Assembly (NCBI GenBank): GCA_039545335.1
Contig: BCIN01000002.1
Coordinates: forward strand, 3,143,564-3,207,563
Length of the DNA: 64,000 nt
Source of the DNA: Kondoa subrosea
Taxonomy: Eukaryota
Direction of reading: 5' to 3'
Under the pieces are notes generated by a model. It had not been told where the DNA came from. It made no database searches and saw nothing but the letters and a program-made list of their open reading frames with translations. The position numbers and the translations under genes are program-made. This document shows, one piece after another, positions 1 to 12,018 of the stretch. Each line of letters opens with the position of its first letter. Position 1 is the stretch's first letter.

Positions 1-95
1 ATAGTCCGGATCTTTTGGCAACGCTTTTGACGAAGAGGACTCCGATACATCACCTCAGTTTCACTCAGAGGAACTTGGGATTGGCAGTTGGACCT
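1..95 (+). repeat. Direct repeat, identical to 5307-5401
   Basis: Base-by-base match over 95 nt at an offset of 5306. Confidence 0.97.
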
Positions 96-134
96 ATGCG
101 CCTCTTCGCGAACGCAGGTTGCAGACTACTTTGA
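1..134 (+). CDS. TAF5: Last exon of a second (upstream) TAF5 copy with an altered C-terminal tail; partial, runs off the window start
   Basis: Bases 1-95 are identical to 5307-5401 (acceptor ATAG plus [30 protein letters not shown]). The sequence then diverges to MRLFANAGCRLL* (TGA 132-134). Confidence 0.75.
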   Translation, partial: SPDLLATLLTKRTPIHHLSFTQRNLGLAVGPMRLFANAGCRLL

Positions 135-494
135 CGGTGCCAAACAGTGAACGGGAGAAAGTCAAGCCTTGAGTTGTCAATTATAAAGGAGACAATTAGT
201 ACAGCTACCGGTTGGGCTTTCGAATGGGCCTCATTGAACAGTTAGGGCGCCTTTGCATGTTGTCTGGCACATGCTATAACGCAAAGCCCGAGGAGTCATT
301 CCGATATTTGCGAATCCCTTCTCCAGAGAGCCAAAAACATGTTGCGCTCATACCATTGCATGTTCCGAAATACCAGTCTGATTTGATTCCAAACTCATAA
401 CAACAGCGCAATACCTAAGCAGCCTGTGTTCTAAGTTCGCACTGTAAATGCCACTGAACCCACCTAGACGAAACTCGAACATCTTCAATCTGCC

Positions 495-2555
495 ATGGCT
501 ACCTATCCTTTATACTCTGAAACTGCTGTCGACGAAGCAGGTCGGCTGCCTGGTACTGAAGAGGCCTCATACCGCTTCAAATTTCTTCCCTCTTCCGTTT
601 CGCCTCCAACTTCTAAACCACATTCTCGGTATTCTTCAGGCTCAACAGGCTTGCTTTCCCGGCCAGACCTTTCTACAGCCGCAACATCTGTAGAAACATC
701 TCCTAAGGGATTATACAGCCCGACTTTCTCTCCAAATACCAATCCTAGCCCTACCTTATCCATTCGCCAGGCTCAAGACCTCCTCGTGCTCTTTGGATCT
801 ACCTCATCATTTTCTACATGGGTCAACAAATTATCTCTCGAAGGCGCAACGGCAATTTACTCAGACTTTGCATATGAAATTGCACACCGGTTAGAGCAGT
901 CAAGTCCACGATTCTCCTCCTTCTTACCCTACGAACCCGCAATAACGGTCTTCTGCCGACCCAATATCTCTGATCAGCTACTGCACCTTCTCGCTGAGTT
1001 AGCAAACGAACTTCATTTGATCGTGTACGGTGTGATTAGTGCGGCTCCTGGGCAGCAATTTGAAAGGGGTAAAGGCGTAGAGGTCGGAATTGGGAGTCAA
1101 AGTTCACAGCAAACTGGGAAAGTTCACGGCGACTCGATATCTAGTCAAAGCGATTGGGATCCGGTTGTGCCAAAAAGCGGGAAAAGTCCGAAGTCAAAGA
1201 ATTCAGATTCAGAAGTTTCTGTAGCCAAAGTCTACACTAGCCAGCTGTCGATCACTGGACAGGCCGATGGCTTGTTGGCTCAATTCTGCTTCAAGACACA
1301 GGTTAGTAATGCTAGCAGTTCTTACAATCCTAGTTGAAGTGTTTATTAGGTCACGCAGTCTACCGAATACACAAATAGGCTTCTTCTGTCCACTAAATTA
1401 GACTTTTCGGGATCGGAAAGCACCCTGCTGAACAAGTCGTATGTGGAAATTGGAAGCAACGAAGAGAGTACGTCCTCTATGGAAACGTGCGTCTGACAAG
1501 TGTAAATGCAGGTGTTGTGCTGATAACATTGACAGTTCCTGGCCCGAGACCAAGGAGACTAAGCAAGCGGTGCACAAGAATGGGAATATTAAAGTTAATA
1601 CCATTGCTGGCAATGTGGGATTTGGAGGCCGCAGTGGTATTCTTGGTGGCTTAAATTTTAGCCGTGCGCAAACGGATGAAGCTAAGCAAGAATATCCGGT
1701 AGGTCTGAGCGCTAGTACGTTTTACCTAGCTTGACTCTCCAAACTCTAGGCGAATCGCTACTTCACTTGCGAAAAACTGGAATCACGAAGTTTGTTCAAC
1801 TCCAACGCTCGATTGAATCATGCTCGATTCTCCTCAGCTCTTGACGGGTCAAACGATATCCTATCCACCAGCGTAGATGTAAAGTGCGAGCTCACCGCTT
1901 GGCCTGACAATTCTGTGAGTCTTCGTTTCGAGTCATACCAACCGAAATTGAACAAACATCTCAGATGCCAGCATCCCTACGTATATCTACATTGACGCAT
2001 GCCTATCGCTCGTCTGCCGGGCCATTCAGCTCGCAAAGCGCAGCCTTGCTAATCGAACATCATGTGTGTCACCGATGCGCTCTGTCTTTTCAGGTTCTGA
2101 CTAATACGCTCTGTTAGCATTACATCCCAGATCTTACTTCTGGTTTCGGCTCTCTTGACGCAGCGGAACTTCAAATAAACGATGATGCTTCTTCAGCCGC
2201 AATCACCCATACAATGCACAAGAAGGACAAGGCTGCTACATCCTATGCACTCAATTTTCTTCTGGCAGTCGCAACAATAAAGCCTTCAAGATTGCAAATT
2301 GTCAAGAATCTCATCACAAGACTACCTTTCAAACTCATCAAGCCTAAGCCTTTAAAGATAGAACAAGTGAATCAATTTGTGCTACAAGATGGTCAAGTGA
2401 TCGGTAGTGTCGAGCAGCAAGCGTGGCTGCGCCTCCACCCGTATTTCTCAAGCAGTTTTAGACCGAACTCTGTCTCTTTCGGTCGTCAACCAGCAGAGGG
2501 CATGACTAGAACGGGCGTTTGGACGAGGGACAATCCAGCTTTTGTGTACACATGA
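495..2555 (+). CDS. Hypothetical multi-exon protein with a Ser/Pro-rich N-terminus; no family recognised
   Basis: ORF 495-1337 joins downstream ORF segments through five GT-AG introns (donors GTTAGT at 1302, GTGCGT, GTAGGT, GTGAGT, GTGTGT). Stop at 2555. Confidence 0.65.
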
Positions 2556-2694
2556 ACTATTTAGGCATAGTGACAGGACGGAGCTTGTACAGTACTTATT
2601 ATGTATATCGAGCACTTACATGTCATGCTTACTGCTTGCAACGGAGTTCGTGAAATAGCATGGTTTGTCCCAAACTGTCAGTTCGTCGACAAAA

Positions 2695-5425
2695 ATGCCG
2701 CCTCGCGCTGCAGCTCCTCAGTCAGTCCAAGCAAGCAATAGCACTCAATCAAATGGTGCCCAGCCGCTGAGCAATGCAGCTCCAGCAGACCGTAATGCTG
2801 TGATACGAGATTATTTGGAAAGACGAGGATTTGGTAGAACTCTGGCTGCTTTGGATGCTGAGATCGCAGCAGAGGGGACAGGAACTTCCACAGCTAGTGC
2901 GAGTGGTGCAGGAAGAGGAGCGCAACAGAATGCAGATGACTTCGCTCAACGCAACGCTCCAGCTTCTATAGCTAAATCTGAAGAAGCCCTGCGACATTGG
3001 AGAGCTTCGATAGATTTCTCAGCTTGGGAAACTGGTCTGCAAGGACTTTATCATTTCGTTCATGGATCTCTAGACATACATCGAGCTGAACTGTTGCCTA
3101 TTCTTTTACCTGTCTTTGTGCACATCTACCTGGATCTCGTACTTGGTGGAGCGGATCTCCGACCTCAAGCAGATACATTGTTCGACAAGTACTCGAAAGA
3201 ACATGAATATACTCAACCTAAATTAATGCAACATCTGAAAGGCTTAAGATTACCTGCGCATGTCTTTGAATCTGAATGGGCNACAAGATGGAGGAGCGAT
3301 CGATATCTCATGCCGCTCAGTCAAAGAGGTTGGGGACTGTTGAACGGTTGGCTGCAAGGAGCTGGTTTTCTATCGCTTGATAACAAGGCTAATCTGGACA
3401 GAGGGAGAGATAAGGTTTTGGCTATCATCAATGAGAGGATCAAGATACATCAAGGTAGGAGCTCTTCTGATCATACACAATATTGGAGCTCAGCTTTGAT
3501 CCAGGAGGTGCTTTGACTGGCTCAAATAATGCAGAATACAATCGAATAGGTCTCGAATCAGAATTCGGTTTACCCTCATCTACTCCAGCATCGAAAGACG
3601 CACGAATCAATGCTCAAATTGCTCAAGCATCCGCTTACCATGCNGCTCATCTCAAATTAGGTCAAGCACCTCGAGATCCGAAACTAGAAAAGGAAATCAA
3701 TCGGTATCTACAAGAAGCGAATGACGAACCTCTACCGCCTTCCACCGCACCTCCAGCGCCAGGTGAAGAACCTGAACTGTCATCTACAGATTTAATCGCA
3801 CCAGCTCTAGGCGAAGGTCCGCCTTACCCACCTTCTTTCCGTGTAGTGGACGTAAAGAGGGAAGTAGAGAAAGTAAGAGAAGCAAGGAAAAGGATTCGTT
3901 TAGCTCCAGAGGCATATGCTTCAGATGGGTCTTTGTCAATTCAAGACGTTCAAGCAGCAAAACAAGGGAGAGCTGCCAAGCCTAGCGTGTGTCTTTTCAC
4001 GATGCAAGATACCGGCGATACGTAAGTGGACTGTGCACTGGTCGGGTGCGTGCTGAACAAAGTAATTAGACTTACTTCTTCTACTTTCTCGGATGATGCT
4101 ACTTTAATGGCTACTGGTTTCTCTGATAGCTCAATCAAGCTATGGAACCTCAAAGGAGATAAGTTCAGACCTATGCGATCAGATTTCGATCCGGAAAAGG
4201 TCACTTCTTGTGAGTCTTGGTCTTTTCGTGCTCGAGGCCCGCATTGACAATCCAAGTAGCTGCTCAACTGAAGAAGCTTCGGCAGAAAGGTGGATCTACT
4301 ACGATGAAGCTCATCGGTCATTCAGGACCTGTTTATGGTCTTTCTTTCGATCCTCTTTCCGGTCCTGGTGCACCACCTAAATACCTTTTATCCTCTTCAC
4401 AAGATGCAACTGTTCGCCTATGGTCTCTCGATACCTATACGAACGTCGTGGCGTACCGCGGCCATCGTGAACCAGTGTGGGATGTTCAATGGGGTCCAAA
4501 GGGAGTTTATTTCGCTACCGCTTCGAGAGATAGGACAGCTAGGATTTGGAGTACGGAACATACGACTCCTATGCGCTTGTTGGCTGGTCATCTGAGTGAT
4601 GTAGACGTGCGTGTTACAATTACGTTATTGTATCGATCAAGCTGACTTGCTGACTTCAAATACAGTGCGTTCGCTTTCACCCTAATTCACTCTACGTCGC
4701 TACTGGATCATCAGATCGGACGTGTCGGCTGTGGGATGTTCAGAGGGGAAACTGCGTGCGAGTCTTCACTGGCCATCAAGGTGGAGTTTCTACTTTAGCT
4801 ATGAGTCCCTGTGGAAGGTATATGGCCAGTGCAGGTAATTCCATCCTGTTCTAAAGACATATATAATGCTGAACTCATGAATCCGATAGCTGACGACATG
4901 GATATCAATCTTTGGGATCTCGGTTCAGGCAAACTAATCAAAACCATGCGAGGTCATACATCAGCCATTCAATCTCTAGTCTTCAGTCAAGAATCAGCAG
5001 TCCTCATGTCTGGTGGTCTAGATTGCACTGTGCGAATCTGGGATGTGGAAGCGAGACATAAATCAACGACTTCAGCAAATGGATTGATCAAGAACCTAGG
5101 ATTGAGCGGAGAAGCCTTGAGTGGTTTGAGAGGAGCTTCAGCTTTGTCCTTGAGTGGAATGGCTACTTCTGATGCATTGGGGTTGTCCGGTGATGGCAAG
5201 ACGAGCGCTACTTTGGGCGTTTTACCAAAATCTGCTTTTACCGACGAGGCAGACAAGTCGAGGTGAGTCTATTGCTATTGTAGACACGGATGGCGCTGAT
5301 CATAGAATAGTCCGGATCTTTTGGCAACGCTTTTGACGAAGAGGACTCCGATACATCACCTCAGTTTCACTCAGAGGAACTTGGGATTGGCAGTTGGACC
5401 TGCGATAGCTCCTGATCAGTCGTAG
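2695..5425 (+). CDS. TAF5: TFIID/SAGA subunit TAF5 (LisH, NTD2, WD40 repeats)
   Basis: LisH-like [14 protein letters not shown]2 [27 protein letters not shown]40 repeats ([38 protein letters not shown]) and C-terminal [16 protein letters not shown]. Introns are GT-AG. Confidence 0.95.
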
Positions 5426-6001
5426 AGTAGCGGAATGTCTGATGTATATGCACTAGCTAGAAGGCAATGTAATACTGAAAGCGAAAGCTATTCATACACT
5501 GTCATCTCTCAGCCTTCTTCGTTGTTTGCTGCTCTAGCGCTCGACTGTCTAGGTATGTGTGAGGAGGCGTCTGGTGCATGTCTTGTCCGAGTCATCGTGA
5601 CATCGGTCGAGTCGAACTTATATTCTTTCTTCATTCCCAACTCTCCACTAACAGTAGCTTGTTCAAAGTAGGTTGCCGTATGCACGCCATTTGGAGACTG
5701 TCAAGCTATCCCTTGCCTGACATCTTTTGAATATGTACTCGCTGTCTTCCCAGTCCTTCTTTCTGTTGAAATACATGATCGCCTCACATTCGCTGCTCTC
5801 TCGCTACATTGAGCCCTCTCATACTTCCGCACCTTATGCAATGACGGCCTTCCGCTTTCTTATCCTTATCGCTTTCGAAATTAGTTCCCGTTCCCTTGGC
5901 AAAGGGAATTCTCAAATTTTCGTTGCGGGGCTGCATCACGAGATTTTGCAGTCTAGCTGCCTCTTGTCTCATACCGTATTTGCTGCGACTGTCAAGTGAT
6001 C

Positions 6002-9000
6002 ATGGCAGCCTTCGAAAGACAAGCAGAGGAGAAGAAGATACACGATTATGAAAAGACCTCAGACCCAGGAGCGACTCTGGAGCCTGCTTTCGATGGAGAG
6101 CCGCCCAAGCAGCGAGAGGATACTCTACACAGAGGGCTCAACTCCCGTGTATGTATACATAGCTTTGAGATGGAATACAAGGCTAAGATTGACTGTCGGA
6201 TAGCAAATCTCTATGATTGCGATTGGAGGTGCAGTGAGTCTCGAAACTTAATAGCTACATGCAATTTTGATTAACAAGTGGCACAGGTCGGTACAGGGTT
6301 AGTTTCTTATCGCCTAGGCTCCTCAAATCGCTCAAATGCTATTCAAGTCTAATCATCGGATCTGGTACCGCGCTTTCTAGAGGAGGTCCGGTAGGAATGA
6401 TTATGGGATACTTCATTATGGGTAAGAAAGACTATCAGCTCGTAGTGTTGCATGCTGATTGGGCTATAGGCATGATCTGCTATCTTGTTGTCAGTAATGC
6501 TGGCTCTACTACCAGACTATGTCTGATCTGTTCCAGATGTGTGCTCTTGGCGAGATGGCCACCTACATTCCCCATCGAAAGGGTTTCTCTGGCTATGCTT
6601 CGCGCTTTGTTGATCCAGCACTGGGTGAGCGAGTATGCCGTAGCCTCAAACTCGAGCTGAGATAGTCCATATCCACCAGGCGTTGCCAGTACGTATACAT
6701 GTCAGCCGGGAAAAGTCATTGGCTGACATCTTCTCGCACAGCCGGTTACAACTACTTGTTCAAGGTTCGTCGAGCGGATAGATTTTTCGACGACACAGCT
6801 CAAAGACAAAGATCCGCAGTATTTAATTGGTCAGTCCACATAAGCCTTCACAAATATATGTTAGCTGAATTCTTTCCATCAACAGTTACGTGAGCTTCAG
6901 CCTTGATGTTTCAAAATTCGCTTCGCTGAAATCAGAGCCCGTCTTATGAAAGTCCAAACAACATTGTAGCCTGCAGTATTGTCCTTCGCTATTGGCCAGG
7001 AGGACAAGATATTCCGATAGCGGCGTCTCTTATCGTGTTCTTGGTTGCTATACTTCTGATTGTAGGCCCATTCATTGACATACATAGAAGTATGCTGATC
7101 CTCTATGAAGAATGCTTTGGGCATCCGATTTTTCGGAGAGCTGGAATTTTGGCTATCTCTCGTTAAGTGCGTGCCATCTAATCTATAAGCATGGCATGCT
7201 AACAATGATCTGACCTTATCCACCAGAGTCATTACACTCGTAAGCATTGACTCGGCAGTACCTCCCACTCACTGATATTTGCTCGAAGATCGGTCTTATC
7301 ATCATGTAAGTGAAGGTGATGGGCTTGCAATCATGATCCGCACTAATGTGCTCTTGATCACACATAGGTCTTTATGTCTGACCCTTGGCGCGAACCCTCA
7401 TCATGACGCAAGCTTCTTCCCGCAACATGTTTCTCTTTTGCTGATCTTCATGATCTTTCTCGATTGTAGCGAATAGGCTTCCGGTACTGGGTTGATCCTG
7501 GTACTTCTGCCTTCTGATGTGTACAAGTGGAAGCTGATATGTTTGCTTTTAGGTCCCTTTGCAAGTTACAAGTTCAAGAACGATTTAGGAGCCTTTCTTG
7601 GGGTGTGGGCTGTTTTTGTGGTTAGCCACGGACTCCTCCTTCTCTGATGAGTCCCTATTGATCAACGCTGATCTACAGAACGCCTTGTTGTATGTTCAAT
7701 GCCAGCGTTTCAAGTCCTTCTGATTTTGGATTAGCGCTTACATGGGTACTGAACTTATCGGTGTCACTGTTGGAGAGTGCGCCAATCCAAGACGTAACAT
7801 TCCTAGTGCCATGTGAGTTCGATGTACGTAATATTGATCAGAGCTGATAAAAGGTAAACCTGCCGCAGTAAAAAGACGTGAGTCCACATTTCTTCTTGAT
7901 GCCTGCTGCACTCGGCGGTACTCAATGGCTATCTTTTTGATCAGATTTTGGCGTATTTTGATCTTCTATGTCGGAGGTGTGCTCTTTACGCATTCTGCAG
8001 ATGCATTTACCAATCGCTTCGATGACAGGTGTCTACTGTATCTCTATGATCATCGCCTCGAACGATCCTGGTCTCTTTGTCGCCTCTAAAGCGTAAATTT
8101 CCCCTCAAGCTGTGTCTACACACCTGATATTCGCGTCATCAGATCTACCTCAGCAGCTGCTTCTCCGTTCGTTGTTGCCGTCAAGACAATGGGCATCAAG
8201 GCATTGCCTTCGATTGTGAGCCAGTTCGGCATTTGCGCCGGAGATTGTTCATCTTTGTCAATAGCTAAACGCAGCAATCTTGGTCTTTGTGGTATGTTTC
8301 CTTTCACGTTTGCCCATGTGCTCGCTCATTACTTACATGTCTTTTCTTCTAGTTCTCTGCGGCCAACTCGGATCTCTATATCGCATCAAGAACTCTTTTC
8401 GCGCTCGCTGAAGAAGGTCATGCGCCTGCTTTCCTTCTCCGGGTCACGAAGACCGGAGTTCCTTATCTCTGCTTATTGATAGGGTGCTTTACTCTCTTCT
8501 AGTCTCTAAGCTTACAGCGTGTAATCAGGTCACTTGGGCTTTCTGCTTCCTCAGTTTCCTTCGAGTCAGTGCTGACGGTGCTGTCGTGTGTGAGTCGTCC
8601 TGAAAACGAATTTTTGATTCACGCTGATATTTGTCCTACCTAGTTGGCTATTGTGAGATTAGACCTGTCCGCATCTCGCTTTTCTGAAACTGACGTCTTG
8701 GTAGTCGTCAATCTGGTCGCTATGTTCGGTGGACTGACATGGATGAGCATAGGTATAGATACCCTCTACATTGAAGCAGAAGCTAAGCTAATGCCATCCC
8801 GCAATCGAACAGCTTACTGCCACATCCGCTTCATCAAGGCTTTTGAGACGCAAGGCATCGATCGACAGACCCTCAGATACCGCGCACCTCTCGGTAAAGC
8901 AGGATCATGGCTAGCTCTCATTTGCACTGGCATTGTTTGCTTCTTCAAAGGATGGGATTCGTAAGTCTTTCATATCTCACAGATTTGGATCCAACTGGAT

Positions 9001-9412
9001 GAGTGCTGTTTTTCTTCTTAGATTCGTCCCTTCATTCACTTTGTCCACCTTGTGAGTCTTTGCATCGAGCAGCGGAATATCCCTCATTATGGTTTAGCAT
9101 GACCAATTACATTGGTATCGTGTGAGCACACTGATCTATTGCCCCAATACCTGCTAAGATGCTCTTGACCAGCTCATTTGTTGCAATCTACGGCTATCAT
9201 AAACTTCGCTATCGCACCAAACTCATTCCATTGCGCGAAATTGACTTGATCGATGGTAAAGCAGAGATCGATGCTGATGAAGCGTACTGGCTCGCCAAAG
9301 AAGCTGAGAAGGGTCCTAGAAACTGGTATCAAAGAGTTTGTCCCATTCTTCTTAACGAAGTGAAGTCATTCTTTGCTGACATTCCTCAAAGTTGTATGAT
9401 AACTTCGTCTGA
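6002..9412 (+). CDS. Amino-acid permease (APC/YAT family, DIP5-like), about 32 introns
   Basis: Spliced translation gives [78 protein letters not shown] and VNLVAMFGGLTW. Confidence 0.93.
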
Positions 9413-9761
9413 TCTTCTTTGTCCACCTACAATTATGAATGGAATACAAGTGTACATAAGGCTCGTCATGAAGAGGATCAACATGGAAGTATGGGATTGT
9501 ATCGAGTTCAGCTCTCGAGAATGTGCATTCTATAGAGTAGATATTTCCAACCCGACAGCTTGCGGTCTATCTATTCCTTGACTGAGACTCCGCCAAAAGG
9601 CGTGCATCCGCCAAAATGGTCCCAGACAATCAACGTCGCAACCTTCGAATTCAAATCATCCCTCTTCCTGCGACAATCACTAGCGTTGCATACCACAGAC
9701 AAGACAGAGACACATACCCTTGCTAGTATAGTCGCACAGCACACCAGGACGGACAGCAAGC

Positions 9762-11464
9762 ATGACGAGCCAGTTCATTGGCAGTCTCATCAGCTTGAGT
9801 TCGTGATTCCATGTAATTGAAGCCTGAGTTCTGAAGCTCACACCGATCATAGTATCCAATAGTGGTATCAGGTATCAAGGTACAGTGCTGTCAAGGACTC
9901 AGAGCTGGACACTCATGTAGCTGACTTTGTAAAGGCATTTTGAACAACATCAATGCAGAAGAGTCTACAATCTCGCTTGAGCAAGTACGATCTCTAGGTA
10001 CAGAAGGAAGGAAAGGTGGTGATCCGTCAGCTGAGATCCCGCCCAATCTGGATCAAGTCTATGATTTTATCGTCTTCCGGGCAAGCGATGTCAAGGATCT
10101 CAAGATTGAGCAAAGTCCAGCTCAACAACCTCCTCCGCAGCAGAAACAGATGCCTCACGATCCTGCTATACTGGGTGTAAGCCGATATAAAGAAGCAGAC
10201 AGGTTGTAGATCTCATTACGACATACAGACTAGCAGACAACAGCCGCAACAAAGTCAGCAGCAATTCCAGCAGCAGCAGAATCCTTTCGGTCCTCCCTGT
10301 GGAATGCCTATGTATCCACCTCCTGCGAATTACGGAATGCAACAACATCCTGGTTATAACCCTTATGGCTATCCTCAACAGCCTCCCTTTGGTCAACCTT
10401 CGCCTTTTGGTCATCCAGGACAACAGCAGCAAAATTCTTTCGGTCAAATGGCACCTTCCCAACAACAACAACAAGTAATGCAGCAGCCAAGCAAACCTTC
10501 TGCTCCTTCACCTGCTGTACAAGAAGCTAGCAAACCTCAAGCAGTAGAACCTTCTGCACCACCTCTATCTGCAACATCTGAAGAAGCGAAACCTTTACCT
10601 GTTCAAGCTGCTAAACCTACGCCTACCGCTCCTTCAGCTATGGCCAGCAAAGCAGCTCAAACGCCAGCCAAATCTGTTCCTCTTGCCAACTCAAATTCAG
10701 CAACTGGCAATGGTTTGCCGCCTCCCACTGGTCCTAAAGCAATGTCACCGCAAAGTGTATCAAAACCTTTGCAACCAACATCATCATCAAATGCTACTAC
10801 TGCTGTTTCGCCCGTCGCACCAAAAGCTGAAGCACCAAAAGTAGCTGCTCCTACTCCAAGCTCAGTAGAAAGATTAGCAGCCGATTTGTCCAAAGCATCC
10901 GTTTTCGATTCTTTCCCTAAACCCAATTCTCTTCCTCAACCAAGATCGCGTCAATCGCCTGCAGCATCTCAAGCAAACAACAACAACAATAATCGTAGAT
11001 CATCTAGACCTGCTCCTTCTTCCAACAACAACAACGCAGTTCAAACTCGCAATTTGCCCGAATTCGATTTCTTAGCTTCCAACGCCAAATTCGCAACCGA
11101 AGTAGCTTCTTCTGATCCAGGTGTTGAAATTAACAAACAACAAGGTGGAATTTCAGTGATTCCTATCAAAAGTGGAGAAACGTTTTATGAAAAGAAATCT
11201 TCGTTTTTCGATAACATTTCTTCTGATTTGAAAGAAAGGGAAGAAAATGTTGGTTCCGCTGGTGGTCATAGAGGAGGCAGAGGTGGAAGAGGAGGGAATA
11301 TGGGAAATAATAATGGAAGATTTGATAGAGGTGCTGAAAGGTTGAAGAATTTGGAAGCCTTTGGTGAAGAAGGTAATTCGAGAATTGGGAACGGAAGAGG
11401 TGGAAGAGGTCGTGGACGTGGTAGAGGTCGTGGTGGCAGAGGTGGACCCAGAGCGCAAGCATGA
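9762..11464 (+). CDS. SCD6: Scd6/Lsm14 (RAP55) P-body translational repressor
   Basis: Lsm domain FIGSLISLISNSGIRYQGILNNIN...RSLGTEGR...YDFIVFRASDVKDL, FDF motif (EFDFLASNAKF), FFD box (SFFDNISSD), TFG-like NLEAFG and an RGG tail. Confidence 0.93.
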
Positions 11465-12018
11465 AGAGGGAGAGAGACATCGATTGGTTAAGCAATATGC
11501 AAATGAATATAGACCATCGGAAAGGACGTGGAAAGAAGGGTCTTGCACTGTCATTATAGACAAATTACCATAGCGTTGGTATGCATCAGGGCAGCAAAAA
11601 CCATCATGACATTGAAATCATAAAGCTAAGTTCTTCTCCCGTCTTGACCAGCCTAAAGCTTGTCTGTCCAATCCACTCTTGTGACAATGTGCGCACTACG
11701 GATCTTTGCAACGACTGGACTACATTTACACCTTCTTTTCGCCTTGCTTAAGTGGGCACGAGCTGAATGGACCAGATCTTAACATAGGACTTCCTGATCA
11801 GTGTACTGTCTGCGCAGGGTCTCAAGTCCCGCAAGCCGTTACGTATGCAGTGCACAGACGCATGCGATGTATTCAGAACTGGCAAGCGTCTAGATGTTCG
11901 CTTCCCAAACTGATGATAATCTCTTTCCTTTGTACTTTACGGGAGAATTCGCTCCTGCGCGGCCTAATAATCTTTTCCTGATGCTGCCATCTTTCGCCTT
12001 GATGTTTTTGGCCATTCT

